From: a virus
Lineage: Duplodnaviria; Caudoviricetes
Direction: 5' to 3' (one strand)
IMG/VR virus record: IMGVR_UViG_3300012990_000004
Location: 1-46,981 of that record
Length of the DNA: 46,981 nucleotides
Both the position numbers and the translations under genes were made by a program. Under the pieces are notes generated by a model. It was not told the origin of the DNA. It saw nothing but the letters and a program-made list of their open reading frames with translations, and made no database searches. Below are positions 37,645 to 46,935 of the stretch, one piece after another (position 1 is the first letter of the stretch; each line of letters starts with the position of its first letter).

Positions 37645-38073
37645 TTATGCGTACTCAGCAGTCGCGGTAAAGGTCTTTGTTCCCAGCGTGTTTCCGCCAG
37701 TAGCTGCATCAAAAAAAGTAATTGTAAAGGTTCTGTTAGCCGAGCCAAGCGTTACTCTGGAGACCCCCAGTTTTCTAACAACATTTAACTGATATCGAGT
37801 GCTTGCCGCCAAGCCGCCCGTTATTGTTCCAGCGCCTGTAGATGTATAACTCATCCATGTAGCAGGGGGTGACGATACCGACCACCACCTTGGGCTCGCT
37901 GGACTTGTTCCTTGATTACCAACTAGCGTTGCCGTGCCATCAGTGTTAAATTCAGCGTATGCTTCAGACCCGCCGCCGCCAACTATATCATCAGCAGTAA
38001 AAGCAGTGGTATCTAAAGAGCCAGATGACACTGTTGCGCGATATGCCATTAGCATTTGCATAGCTCCTGACAT
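37645..38073 (-). CDS. Putative fibre-tip protein A, paralogous to 37112-37618
   Basis: MSGAMQMLMA N-terminus; FDAATGG domain. Confidence 0.65.
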   Translation of the reverse strand: MSGAMQMLMAYRATVSSGSLDTTAFTADDIVGGGGSEAYAEFNTDGTATLVGNQGTSPASPRWWSVSSPPATWMSYTSTGAGTITGGLAASTRYQLNVVRKLGVSRVTLGSANRTFTITFFDAATGGNTLGTKTFTATAEYA

Positions 38074-40214
38074 TATGTCACTCCCGCGCCGGAGGCAAGC
38101 CAAACTGTAGACGAAACCTTAAACAACGTGCACAGGGCAAAGGGGGCTACAGTTCTGCTGCCTGTTGTTGTGGTTCCCGCAAGACGCAACGTATCTGTTG
38201 TAATTGCTACTGTAATATTACTGGTGGCGTTGTTGTTGAACACTGTAATAACAGTTCCGATAGGAAACGCAACAGTTCCGTTAGCAGGAATGGTGTAAGT
38301 GTACGCGGTTGCGTTGTCTTTACCAAATGCCTTGCCTGCATCCGCCAAAGCAAATGTGGTGGCAGCATTGCTAATTGTGACTGGAACATCTCTATAACCA
38401 ACCACAGCGCCATTGATTGTAGATGTAGCGGCTAACGCAGTAGTTCCACTAAACGTCTTATCACCAGCAATTGTTTGATTGCCCGTAGTATATACGCCAT
38501 TAGTCACAGTGGCAGCGTTTCCTGTGCACGAGGCCGAAGAGCCTGTAACGCTAATGCCCCAAGAACCAGTGGCTCCAGCGCCAGCTTTTGTTGGGTAGTT
38601 AACGTCACTCTGCGTCTTTGTGTAGACATCCGTTATACCAAACCCAGTAACTGTAGTGGGCTTGTCTGTTAGGGTGGTCCACGATGCTAAAGGAACGGTA
38701 GCATCTGTTATGTAATACAGGGTATCAGATTGTGGAGTAAGCGCGTTGTATTGCGTTTGTGTGCCAGACCACAGCTTTTTAGTACCAGAATTATAATCTG
38801 TCACTGTAGCTGCGTTTCCAGTAATTGAAATACCCCAAGTTCCAGAAGCACCCGTACCTGTTTTTGTTACGGTGTATGTCGTGTAGTTCGCAGCGTCTAA
38901 AAGCGCGTTGCCATCCCACGTGATTGCAGCCGTGGTCAGGTTAAGGTATTTTGCTGCGGTTGCGTTTGCAGCGTTACCAGCGTTTGTAATAACACCAAGA
39001 CGAAGATGTGTACTCCAGTCCGTTACGATTTCAAACTGGTTAGAAGCGTTTGCTTTAATGTAAAACCCATGTCCGTTCACGCCTGCGTTGTACGTGCTCT
39101 GAAGGTTAAACATATTACGCCATTCAGGTGCTCCGGCTAACGTGTTTGGAGCAATGCGAAATGCCTGTTCTGTAGAGGCCCCCGTAGCTACGGTAGGGGT
39201 CATTACTTTTTTACCAGCAATGGTTTGGTCGCCGGTTGTATAGACTCCGTTAGTTACAGTAGCGGCATTGCCAGTTACGTTGATACCCCATGTGCCTGAA
39301 GCACCAGTACCTGTCAGCGTTGGGGCGTAGGTGTTGTAGTTACCAGTATGAAGCGCAGTCTGACTCCCAATGTAGACGGCGTTCCCGAGCGGGTTCAGAT
39401 ACAGAGGTTTTGAGTTGTACGACTGTATGGACGGCGCCGATGCGTCGAGGGACGACGCAAGCACCCGCAGGTCATACGCGGCGTTAGAAAACAACGTCGC
39501 CGCGGCCGAGAATGTTTTCTGCCCTGAAACCGTTTGTGTGGTGTCTGTCGTAACGGCGTCAGTAATGCCAAAACCCGAAAGCGTCGTCGGCTTGCTGGTA
39601 ACGCCAGACCAAGGCACGGCGTTTGCAGTAGTGGCTGTAGTAGCGCTTTTTGCAACGACAAGGTTGCCAGTGGCCGTCTGCATGACGGTGGGCAGTGTGG
39701 TCAAAAAGGTAATCGCCCATCCGTCGTCGGAGTTGTTGGCCGCCGCGGTAAAGCCAGCCTGGAAATCACGGACGGTTACTTGCGGGTAGTCCCAAGTAGA
39801 ATTGGTTTCGCCAATACAGACGACGTGGCGCGTTCCGTCATGGCAGAAACGAACGGTGAAGTCTTTGTTCGCATTGCTTGTAAGTATCGCGGCGCTACAG
39901 CTGACCCAATTCCCCGAGCTGTTATACACGTACCCGGACACGTAAACAGACAGGCTCTCGTTCGTGGCGTAGTCGTAAATGTCTACCCAGAAAGAAAGCA
40001 TGTCCGACGAGCTGGCGTATAGCGAGGTCGGTAACTGAATGGATAACGCACCGGTAACGGTGGCGGTCGTTGTCCGGTACGTGGCGTTTTGCGGACGCGG
40101 AATGTAAACGCCGTTATCGTTTTCATAAACGATGTTGCCGTTGCCATTGACCAGCATCCGTCCAGACAGTGTGCCGCCGGGAAAATCAAGCTGCGTGAGT
40201 ACTTTCCGAGCCAT
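38073..40214 (-). CDS. Tail fibre protein (713 aa) with internal repeats
   Basis: Three GASGTWGI.VTG-type repeats and two NAATVTNGVYTTG.QTIAG.K repeats; Thr/Gly-rich. Confidence 0.8.
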   Translation of the reverse strand: MARKVLTQLDFPGGTLSGRMLVNGNGNIVYENDNGVYIPRPQNATYRTTTATVTGALSIQLPTSLYASSSDMLSFWVDIYDYATNESLSVYVSGYVYNSSGNWVSCSAAILTSNANKDFTVRFCHDGTRHVVCIGETNSTWDYPQVTVRDFQAGFTAAANNSDDGWAITFLTTLPTVMQTATGNLVVAKSATTATTANAVPWSGVTSKPTTLSGFGITDAVTTDTTQTVSGQKTFSAAATLFSNAAYDLRVLASSLDASAPSIQSYNSKPLYLNPLGNAVYIGSQTALHTGNYNTYAPTLTGTGASGTWGINVTGNAATVTNGVYTTGDQTIAGKKVMTPTVATGASTEQAFRIAPNTLAGAPEWRNMFNLQSTYNAGVNGHGFYIKANASNQFEIVTDWSTHLRLGVITNAGNAANATAAKYLNLTTAAITWDGNALLDAANYTTYTVTKTGTGASGTWGISITGNAATVTDYNSGTKKLWSGTQTQYNALTPQSDTLYYITDATVPLASWTTLTDKPTTVTGFGITDVYTKTQSDVNYPTKAGAGATGSWGISVTGSSASCTGNAATVTNGVYTTGNQTIAGDKTFSGTTALAATSTINGAVVGYRDVPVTISNAATTFALADAGKAFGKDNATAYTYTIPANGTVAFPIGTVITVFNNNATSNITVAITTDTLRLAGTTTTGSRTVAPFALCTLFKVSSTVWLASGAGVT

Positions 40215-40217
40215 ATA

Positions 40218-41420
40218 TTATCCAATTACAACTACGCGATATTCGCCAGCAGTTGGGGCAGATGCAAACCGCAAAGTAATGGTGGTTGTACTGGTCATCT
40301 CAACATCACATTCCACGGTGTCCCACGGAGTAGTTGCGCGAACAACTTGAACCGTACAGTCGCGTGTGTTCAGGTTGTGGGTGATGACTTCAGTAAGCGC
40401 AGTGCCTGCAATAGCCTGAGCATATTTGGCAGGGGGCGCAGCGGCATCTGTGATGTTGTAAATTGTGGTTGCGTCTTTGGTAAGAGCATTATATGCAGCT
40501 TGTGTGCCTGACCAGATTTTGCGCTTTGTTGTATCGTGCGTGTTACCCACCGACTCAGCAGAGCCAGCAAATCCACCCACGGCTCCAGAAAACACTTCTG
40601 AAGTATTGGTGGCGTCTGGGATGTAGGTGAGGAATCCAGTAGAGTCATCGTAGCCAAAGAAACCTACTTTTGCAACGCCGCCTGTGTAGTATCTAAACTC
40701 CACACCCCTGTCTTTATTGTCATCAGAGGTCGGAGCAGTATCGCCGCCGAGCGTAAGAATAGGGTCGTCAAGAGTAGTGGTAGTGGAGTTAACTGTCGTA
40801 GTTGTGCCGTTAACTGTCAGGTTACCAGTAATAATAGCGTTTCCGCCAATATTAGCATTGCCGCCAATACCGACACCACCAGTTACAATAAGAGCGCCTG
40901 TTCCAGTTGTGCTAGATGCCGTAGCATTAGTGATGCTAACTGCCGTGCTAGTAGTAGCGCCACGACCAGTCACTGTGGCTAACGTATCAGCCTCTGCCGT
41001 CAAATACGTCGTTGTGTCTACTGTGTAAGTGTCAGCGGCGCTTTTCTTTAGAAAGCCGGAGCTCGCGCCCGTCATTGTAGTGGCTAAATTTGATATAGCA
41101 GGGCCGACATCAATATCGTAAGTTACGTTAGATGCGGTGTTAGCACTAAATCCTGTGCCAGTGCCCAGCGTAACTCCAGTGTTAGTAGCGCCTGCAGATA
41201 CTGTAAGCGCAAGCGTTCCATTATTAATGGAACCTGCTCCACCAGTCATGTCTACCCACGAGGTTCCATTAAAATAATACGTTTTGTTATCTACCGTATT
41301 ATAATATACTTGACCAGTTACAGAGGAAACAGAGCTAGGCGCAGAAGCTAAGTTTTGAATTCTAGCATTTTGCAACTCATTTTTGTTTAAGTTGATAGCT
41401 GTAAGAAAAGTCCGTGCCAT
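40218..41420 (-). CDS. Tail fibre protein (400 aa)
   Basis: [33 protein letters not shown], and a C-terminal ITHNLNTRD domain. Confidence 0.8.
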   Translation of the reverse strand: MARTFLTAINLNKNELQNARIQNLASAPSSVSSVTGQVYYNTVDNKTYYFNGTSWVDMTGGAGSINNGTLALTVSAGATNTGVTLGTGTGFSANTASNVTYDIDVGPAISNLATTMTGASSGFLKKSAADTYTVDTTTYLTAEADTLATVTGRGATTSTAVSITNATASSTTGTGALIVTGGVGIGGNANIGGNAIITGNLTVNGTTTTVNSTTTTLDDPILTLGGDTAPTSDDNKDRGVEFRYYTGGVAKVGFFGYDDSTGFLTYIPDATNTSEVFSGAVGGFAGSAESVGNTHDTTKRKIWSGTQAAYNALTKDATTIYNITDAAAPPAKYAQAIAGTALTEVITHNLNTRDCTVQVVRATTPWDTVECDVEMTSTTTITLRFASAPTAGEYRVVVIG

Positions 41421-41434
41421 TTTTATTATTGTCC

Positions 41435-42529
41435 TTAGTTAAAAGTTGCGCTTCCGGCAAAGGAAGATTGAAAGGTTAAAACTACTTGGTTGAGATTGCT
41501 GTAACTAACGTCGCCTTCCATCACAGTTCCTGCGCTATCTATTACTGTTACTGACGGATACTTATTTAATGAATGAGTTACATTCCACGTTGTTGACGGC
41601 GATGATTGAACGTGGTAATAATTTAAGTCACCTTCAATTGTGGTGTTTTCCCACAAACCATTATCATAAACAAGAGCTTGTCCATTTACTGGTGTTGTTA
41701 TTTTTACATTATGAAGCTCGTCAATTTCGTAACCATTGTCCACCTTAATAAAGATGGAGCCTTGGTTAGCATGCGTGTGAATTACAAAGCCAACTATAAT
41801 TGTGTGCGTCGGAGCAGAGGGCTTTATGTTTGTAATCTTACCAGCTACAGTTCCTGACAAATAAAGCACGTCTCCATCAATCCAAGACTCTCCCTGAACA
41901 GAGCCAGTAGTGTTCAAGTTTCTAATTAAGCCACTTGTAGTTACAAAGCCCTCTTCGTTTTCAAGAATGTCTTCTGTTACAAGTCCAATTGTGTCGGTTG
42001 AGTTGAAGTCATTATTAGCAAGGGCTAATCCAATCTTAGGTCGCTGTCCCTGCGCTCCACTAATCTTTACGCATTGGTAGTTAGCTTTAAGTAGGTCGTC
42101 GCCAGTTTTATTAACTACTCGAATAACCTGTTCTTGGCCTAACTGAAGTACAACCTGACCGCCTTTGAGTCCTAAGTCTAACGTGCCGTCTTGATTGTTC
42201 CACATCAACCTACCTTCAGCGCTTGGGTCTGTTGGGGTTGGGTAAAAGTCTATCTTGTCAACAACGCCAAGTTGGTATGTCGCAAGCGAATGGTCAAGTT
42301 GGCGTTTTGTAACGGCATCTGATTCATAAAGAGCGTCGGCCATGTTTATGACTCGATTGCTATTCATGTCAAGCACGTCTTCCATGCTATTTGGCAACAC
42401 GTCGTCTTTTCGATTTAACGTGTTTTCTAATTCTTGCTCTAGCGTATCGAGATTGGCATTGTAATTAGTTACAAGGCTCTGCAAACTTCCGTTTGCTGTA
42501 GCTCTCGCAAATTTGCTTCTATCTGTCAT
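41435..42529 (-). CDS. Tail-fibre anchor protein (364 aa)
   Basis: ENTLNR...PNSM...[10 protein letters not shown] anchor; [11 protein letters not shown]; C-terminal [10 protein letters not shown] domain. Confidence 0.78.
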   Translation of the reverse strand: MTDRSKFARATANGSLQSLVTNYNANLDTLEQELENTLNRKDDVLPNSMEDVLDMNSNRVINMADALYESDAVTKRQLDHSLATYQLGVVDKIDFYPTPTDPSAEGRLMWNNQDGTLDLGLKGGQVVLQLGQEQVIRVVNKTGDDLLKANYQCVKISGAQGQRPKIGLALANNDFNSTDTIGLVTEDILENEEGFVTTSGLIRNLNTTGSVQGESWIDGDVLYLSGTVAGKITNIKPSAPTHTIIVGFVIHTHANQGSIFIKVDNGYEIDELHNVKITTPVNGQALVYDNGLWENTTIEGDLNYYHVQSSPSTTWNVTHSLNKYPSVTVIDSAGTVMEGDVSYSNLNQVVLTFQSSFAGSATFN

Positions 42530-42609
42530 TAGTATGCCTTTTAATTATTATTATCTTAAAACACTCTCGTGATTCCAAAGTATGCCTTGCTGACAGGAAT
42601 ATTACCTAA

Positions 42610-42769
42610 TTACAAGTTTGCTACGCTAGAAGTGTCCAATTTAAGTAAATTGCTTGAAGTATCAACTATACTAGTAGCACTAAATGCGTCCTTTTCTGCT
42701 TATTGTAGTGAGCTGGGCTTGTATGTTTCCTGTGTTAACTAATGTGGGAAGTGTCGGCTTAAATGCCAT
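42610..42769 (-). pseudogene. Probable remnant of a deleted fibre gene
   Basis: TAATG-coupled 29-codon ORF MAFKPTLPTLVNTGNIQAQLTTI... (42769-42680) plus an out-of-frame 29-codon segment without a start (42699-42610). Confidence 0.4.
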
Positions 42770-43116
42770 TACAGTTCCTCCTGCACCAGCTTCAGGCTCA
42801 AGCGTTCCATCGCGGAGAATGGCTGTTCATCGCTGACATCGCTTTCAGCAATCAGCTTTTGGCAGGCCGCAAGGGGGATATCAGCCTCAGCCTCTTGACA
42901 AGCAGCGTACAGCGTGTCTGCTGAGTCAAGGGCAAGCATCAGTTCTGCGTCCATGGGGCCCGTGCTAATGTAATGCGTAGCAGGAGCCAGTCCTGTGCTA
43001 GACAGGGCGGCTGTAAACATCCCATCCCCAGCGGGGGTTAGGCCAGCGGCAAGGGAACGGGCAAGCGGGGCGTTGTCGGCTGTGACAATCAAGGTACGGA
43101 AAAGGTATTCGCTCAT
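42769..43116 (-). CDS. Hypothetical protein (possible partner of the upstream fibre)
   Basis: ATG 43116 after AGGAG; ATGA-coupled to the 794 aa gene. Confidence 0.7.
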   Translation of the reverse strand: MSEYLFRTLIVTADNAPLARSLAAGLTPAGDGMFTAALSSTGLAPATHYISTGPMDAELMLALDSADTLYAACQEAEADIPLAACQKLIAESDVSDEQPFSAMERLSLKLVQEEL

Positions 43117-45497
43117 ATCGTCACTCCTGTGCGTAAGGATACCCATTTCTCAACACTAGCCAGCTGTGTAGCTGTAAGCGTTTTGCCAATACAAACGCCG
43201 CCGAAGTCGAGGCCGTTGAACGGAAGCGATGCGCCATTGCGCCGTCCGAAGTAGAGCGGGTAGTTGCCGAAGTTGCCTGTGCCTTGGTCAGCCAAGGATA
43301 TTGTTTCAGCACCGTTCACCCGCAACACAAGTGCGTCGCCAGCAATGGACGCAGCACCCGCAATGACCATCGAGATAGGCGAGGTCAGTCCTGTGCGCAC
43401 AAGGTTGCCCGTACTTGAACCACCTGCACGGAACTGCACATTAGCCGCCGCCGAGTCAGGTGCGGCAATCCAGAACGCGCCGGGGTTGGCGAATACAGAC
43501 GCGCTCAACTCCACAGCCACGCCGAGAGCCGCATCACTCAACTTCCGCACCCCCATGACAACCGCCATCTTGTCCGTAGCCGTGAAATCGACTGAGGCAG
43601 TCGTCAGGAAGTCGTCAATGCCGTCATATTGGATGCCGTAGGGGGCGGTGACTGCGTCTGCGGATGCGTCAATAACCTCAATATCATCGAACTCTGCATA
43701 AGTGAGCGATGCCGTTGCGTCATTCACCTGAATGAAAACGCCAGCAGTCGTAGATGTAGCTGTGAAGTAGGCTTCACCAGTTGTCGTTCTGTTCGACACA
43801 TACGCTTTGCCAGCACCACTATCCACGCCAGCAGAGAAGTACGGGCCAGCCGTGCCTGTGTAGGCTTTCCACTTAATCAGGTAAACCCGCCCGACCACAG
43901 TAGTGAAGTTTTTGTAAGCATATCCAAACGCCGCCGCCGCTTTTGTTAGGCGCAGTCTGCCACCAACGGACGCAAGGGTAGAAACGCCGTCAGTATTCCA
44001 GCCCGTAGTGGTTGAGCCGTCACCGTTGGTAAAGAAGTTAGAGCCAACAGGCGTACCGCGAAGGATGGGCTTGTTGCCTGTGGTGGTCTGGTAGCGGTGG
44101 TTGCCTGCCAAAGATTTGACCGATACATTGTCAATATCGCAGTAAAGCCCCAGTGTTGCGACATTAGTGTTAATGGATATGTATGTGGTTGTAGCAGACG
44201 CAAAAAAACGGAAAACCTTTGAGCCGTCAGTGCCGAAGGTGAAGAACCCGCCTTGAAGCTGGCCGACACCATTGCCAATTCGGACCTGTGGGGTTGCTAG
44301 TGTCTGCTTGAATACATCAATATTCAGCGTGTACCACTTGCCAACCTCAGTGGTAAATGTTGCGTGGGCAGTTGCCTCAGCAGTTGTATTCTCAAGCCGT
44401 AGCCTGCCACCAACCACAGAGATTGTGCCGGCAGCACTAGCAGTCCAGCCAGTCGTGCCGCCAGAGAAGTCGCCATTGCTGATTAGCTCAGCACCAATAG
44501 CCAGATTGCCAGACTTATCCAACTGCAAGCCCACAAGCCCGTTCACCGTGGCTGGCGTAGTGCCAGCAGAGTCCACATACAGCGTCGTGTTTGGATAGGC
44601 CGCGAGGAAGTCGGAGTTGAAGTCGGTGATGCGTTGGTAGGTGGTGGGGGTTGCGCCGGATTCAACCTGAGCGCCCCAGACAAGGATGCCGTCAGTGCCG
44701 TTTCCCGACCATGCAGATACATCGCCACTTGATGACGGGTTGCCTACATTGATGCGTCCGATGGCTATGCTGGCGCTTGCGCCTGCGACATTTGATGTTG
44801 CGGTAAACGAACAGCGATACCACCCACTACCAAGGGACTCAATGGAATTCGACCCCGCAGACCATGACGAAATTGTAATCGCCCCGACTGCGCCCGTGCT
44901 TAGGTTAAAAATAGCGTCAGCCGTTGAAACAGCATCCCGCAAACGAAGCACAATGAACCCATATCCGTCAGCCTTGGCATAACAGCTTATCGTGTACGCG
45001 GTAGAGTTCGATACTGGCGCACCTGACGAGTCAAGGCGGTGCTGAGTTGCAACAGCGTCAGGAATCAGCTTATCAGCAGTAGCCGCGCCAAGGTGGTTAT
45101 TGGCGGCGTTGGCGGTCACGGACGCATTTGTTTTAACCCATGCAGCATTATCAAACTGCTCAGAATAGGTGAGCAGATTACGCCGCCACAGAGTCGGGTT
45201 CACGTAGTCGTTGTTGTCGTAGATGTAGCCCTTGCTTCCGTCTACAAACAGATTCTGCGGATTGTTAATAGCAGCGCCAGCATTTATGTAATTACGAAAT
45301 TGCGAGGGGATAGCATAGTCTACGTAGTATTTCTGAAGCATGGCTGACACGGAGCCCGAATAGCCAAGGCTCTTGAGGTATTTGTCCCACATGTCAGCAG
45401 TATTTGTATACAGAACAGCACCCAGCGCCATCCGGAGCTGTGTGTTGGTGTAATCGGCAAGGCTTTTGCCCCTCAGTCTAACTTCTAATTCGCCCAT
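43113..45497 (-). CDS. Large fibre/adhesin with carbohydrate-binding-like repeats and a LamG/ConA-like C-terminus
   Basis: RNLLTYSEQFDNAAW, ELISNGDFSGGTTGW and NFFTNGDGSTTTGW module starts; YDGIDDFL lectin-like start. Confidence 0.7.
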   Translation of the reverse strand: MGELEVRLRGKSLADYTNTQLRMALGAVLYTNTADMWDKYLKSLGYSGSVSAMLQKYYVDYAIPSQFRNYINAGAAINNPQNLFVDGSKGYIYDNNDYVNPTLWRRNLLTYSEQFDNAAWVKTNASVTANAANNHLGAATADKLIPDAVATQHRLDSSGAPVSNSTAYTISCYAKADGYGFIVLRLRDAVSTADAIFNLSTGAVGAITISSWSAGSNSIESLGSGWYRCSFTATSNVAGASASIAIGRINVGNPSSSGDVSAWSGNGTDGILVWGAQVESGATPTTYQRITDFNSDFLAAYPNTTLYVDSAGTTPATVNGLVGLQLDKSGNLAIGAELISNGDFSGGTTGWTASAAGTISVVGGRLRLENTTAEATAHATFTTEVGKWYTLNIDVFKQTLATPQVRIGNGVGQLQGGFFTFGTDGSKVFRFFASATTTYISINTNVATLGLYCDIDNVSVKSLAGNHRYQTTTGNKPILRGTPVGSNFFTNGDGSTTTGWNTDGVSTLASVGGRLRLTKAAAAFGYAYKNFTTVVGRVYLIKWKAYTGTAGPYFSAGVDSGAGKAYVSNRTTTGEAYFTATSTTAGVFIQVNDATASLTYAEFDDIEVIDASADAVTAPYGIQYDGIDDFLTTASVDFTATDKMAVVMGVRKLSDAALGVAVELSASVFANPGAFWIAAPDSAAANVQFRAGGSSTGNLVRTGLTSPISMVIAGAASIAGDALVLRVNGAETISLADQGTGNFGNYPLYFGRRNGASLPFNGLDFGGVCIGKTLTATQLASVEKWVSLRTGVTI

Positions 45498-45811
45498 TAT
45501 TCTTTTTCTTCTCTTGAGATGCCAAAGCCACCCTTGCTAGAAAGTATGGCTTGAGCTAGATATTCACTAAATGCGTCCACAAAGCCCTCGTCCTTGCTTA
45601 ACTCCTCTCGTCCCATCGTATCCAGCACAGCATGCACAAGCTCGTGCACGAAGGTTTGGTGGTAGAAGGTGTCGGGATTGCGCTTAGAGGGCTTACGTAA
45701 GCGCATTGTCTTTGTTTCGTTGTTCCACTCGCCCCAAGCTTCCTTAAGAGGGACATCTTTCAGTACGCTAACTGTGTGTGCCCCTAGCTGAAACTTGTCT
45801 GGAATGAACAT
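45497..45811 (-). CDS. Small HEXXH metallopeptidase-like protein
   Basis: TFVHELVHAVL motif. Confidence 0.7.
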   Translation of the reverse strand: MFIPDKFQLGAHTVSVLKDVPLKEAWGEWNNETKTMRLRKPSKRNPDTFYHQTFVHELVHAVLDTMGREELSKDEGFVDAFSEYLAQAILSSKGGFGISREEKE

Positions 45812-45972
45812 TACTTACCCTTTTTCTTAGAAAGTGCCTTTTTAACAACTTTATGGGCCTTTCCAGCCATAACAGTGCCATCAGGCATCTTATGTGTTTG
45901 TTTCTTCTTGGCTTTCTTCTTGCCGTATTGCTGGCCTTCCACGAAAGCGCCTGTATTTCCTGTAGTTTGCAT
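45811..45972 (-). CDS. Small Lys-rich protein (53 aa)
   Basis: MQTTGNTGAFVEGQQYGKKKAKKKQTHKMPDGTVMAGKAH...; TAATG-coupled on both sides; missing from the ORF track. Confidence 0.7.
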   Translation of the reverse strand: MQTTGNTGAFVEGQQYGKKKAKKKQTHKMPDGTVMAGKAHKVVKKALSKKKGK

Positions 45973-46238
45973 TAGTTTCTTCCGCCTTTGGCCTTTCCAG
46001 ACTTTGGCTGGAGCTTCCCGCCCTGTGAATGTGAAGCCTTTGCGCTCTGTACCTTCAGATTGCTTCTGGCTGTACTGCCACCCTTGGTGAGGGGCTTCTT
46101 GTGGTCGACAACTTTGCCGTCTCCCTTACTAACCTTGCCCTCACGCATCAATTCCCTACGGGCTTTGTTGCGCTTGGCCCGTTCTTTAACACGCTCAGGC
46201 CGTTCAGCAAGGCGTTCTTTCGTATAATCTCTAGGCAT
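45972..46238 (-). CDS. Basic HNH-like protein
   Basis: MPRDY...RNKARR...GDGKVVDHKKPL.KGG...NL. Confidence 0.72.
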   Translation of the reverse strand: MPRDYTKERLAERPERVKERAKRNKARRELMREGKVSKGDGKVVDHKKPLTKGGSTARSNLKVQSAKASHSQGGKLQPKSGKAKGGRN

Positions 46239-46513
46239 TAGGAACATCCCCATCGCTTCAAAGAAGCTGCCTTTCTTGTTGGTCGTCCCTTCTCATCCGT
46301 CATAGGGCCCTTCATTCCGCCCATACGGGCACAGAAGCTCTTCTTCCTACCTGCATCAGCCTTCGTCTTCGGATTGGGCGCAGGAGCCTTCAGGTTGCTT
46401 CCTGTGGCTGCGTTATACTTCGCCCTGCCCTTAGCCGTCAGGCCAGCACCCTTGGACACGGGAAGCTTCTCCCCGCGACCTACAGACAGATTAGCACCCT
46501 TCTTAGCCATCAC
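46238..46513 (-). CDS. Small basic phage protein (DUF6321-like)
   Basis: GLTAKGRAKYN..TGSNLKAP...RKKSFCARM...RWGC; the family name is from recall, not a search. Confidence 0.7.
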   Translation of the reverse strand: MMAKKGANLSVGRGEKLPVSKGAGLTAKGRAKYNAATGSNLKAPAPNPKTKADAGRKKSFCARMGGMKGPMTDEKGRPTRKAASLKRWGCS

Positions 46514-46722
46514 TTCTTCTTCTTAGGCTCAGGCTTCATCTTGGCTTTCTTAGCGTCAGCCTCAGCCTTACCCTTAAACTTGTTAGAAATGGCAGGAAAC
46601 GCTCCCTGTATCTTCTTACCAAGTTCTTCTGTAGGCTTACGCATGCCGGACATTTTGGCACGAATCTTCTCACCAAAGTCCTTCTCTGGCTTCTTAGCAG
46701 CTGGCTTCTGACCCTTGGGCAT
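46510..46722 (-). CDS. Small Lys-rich protein, first gene of the late arm
   Basis: ATG 46722 after AAGGA, downstream of a consensus promoter. Confidence 0.7.
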   Translation of the reverse strand: MPKGQKPAAKKPEKDFGEKIRAKMSGMRKPTEELGKKIQGAFPAISNKFKGKAEADAKKAKMKPEPKKKK

Positions 46723-46768
46723 ATCTGGTTCCTTGTCGGTTTGTTCGAGTGGTGTCCTTCTACCTCTA

Positions 46769-46797
46769 ATTATACCAAGAATAAAACCCAATGTCAA
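46769..46797 (-). promoter_or_regulatory. Consensus sigma70 promoter for the structural arm
   Basis: Minus strand TTGACA-17 nt-TATAAT with a TGn extension. Confidence 0.88.
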
Positions 46798-46906
46798 GCA
46801 CTTTCTGTAAATTAGCATAGTAGCTCGTTACACTCGCATAGTGAGCGAGCCAGATGCTCCACCAAGGCGAGCGAACCGCATTTGCTTAAAAACACCAGCC
46901 ACCCCC

Positions 46907-46935
46907 TTGACAGGGTGGCAGAAGTGTGCTATTTT
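46907..46935 (+). promoter_or_regulatory. sigma70-like promoter firing into the AT-rich terminal element
   Basis: TTGACA-17 nt-TATTTT with TGn. Confidence 0.6.

Noticed and set aside
38460-39320. Diversity-generating retroelement template/variable repeats
   Set aside because: The repeats differ at synonymous positions of all bases rather than only at adenines, and there is no reverse transcriptase.
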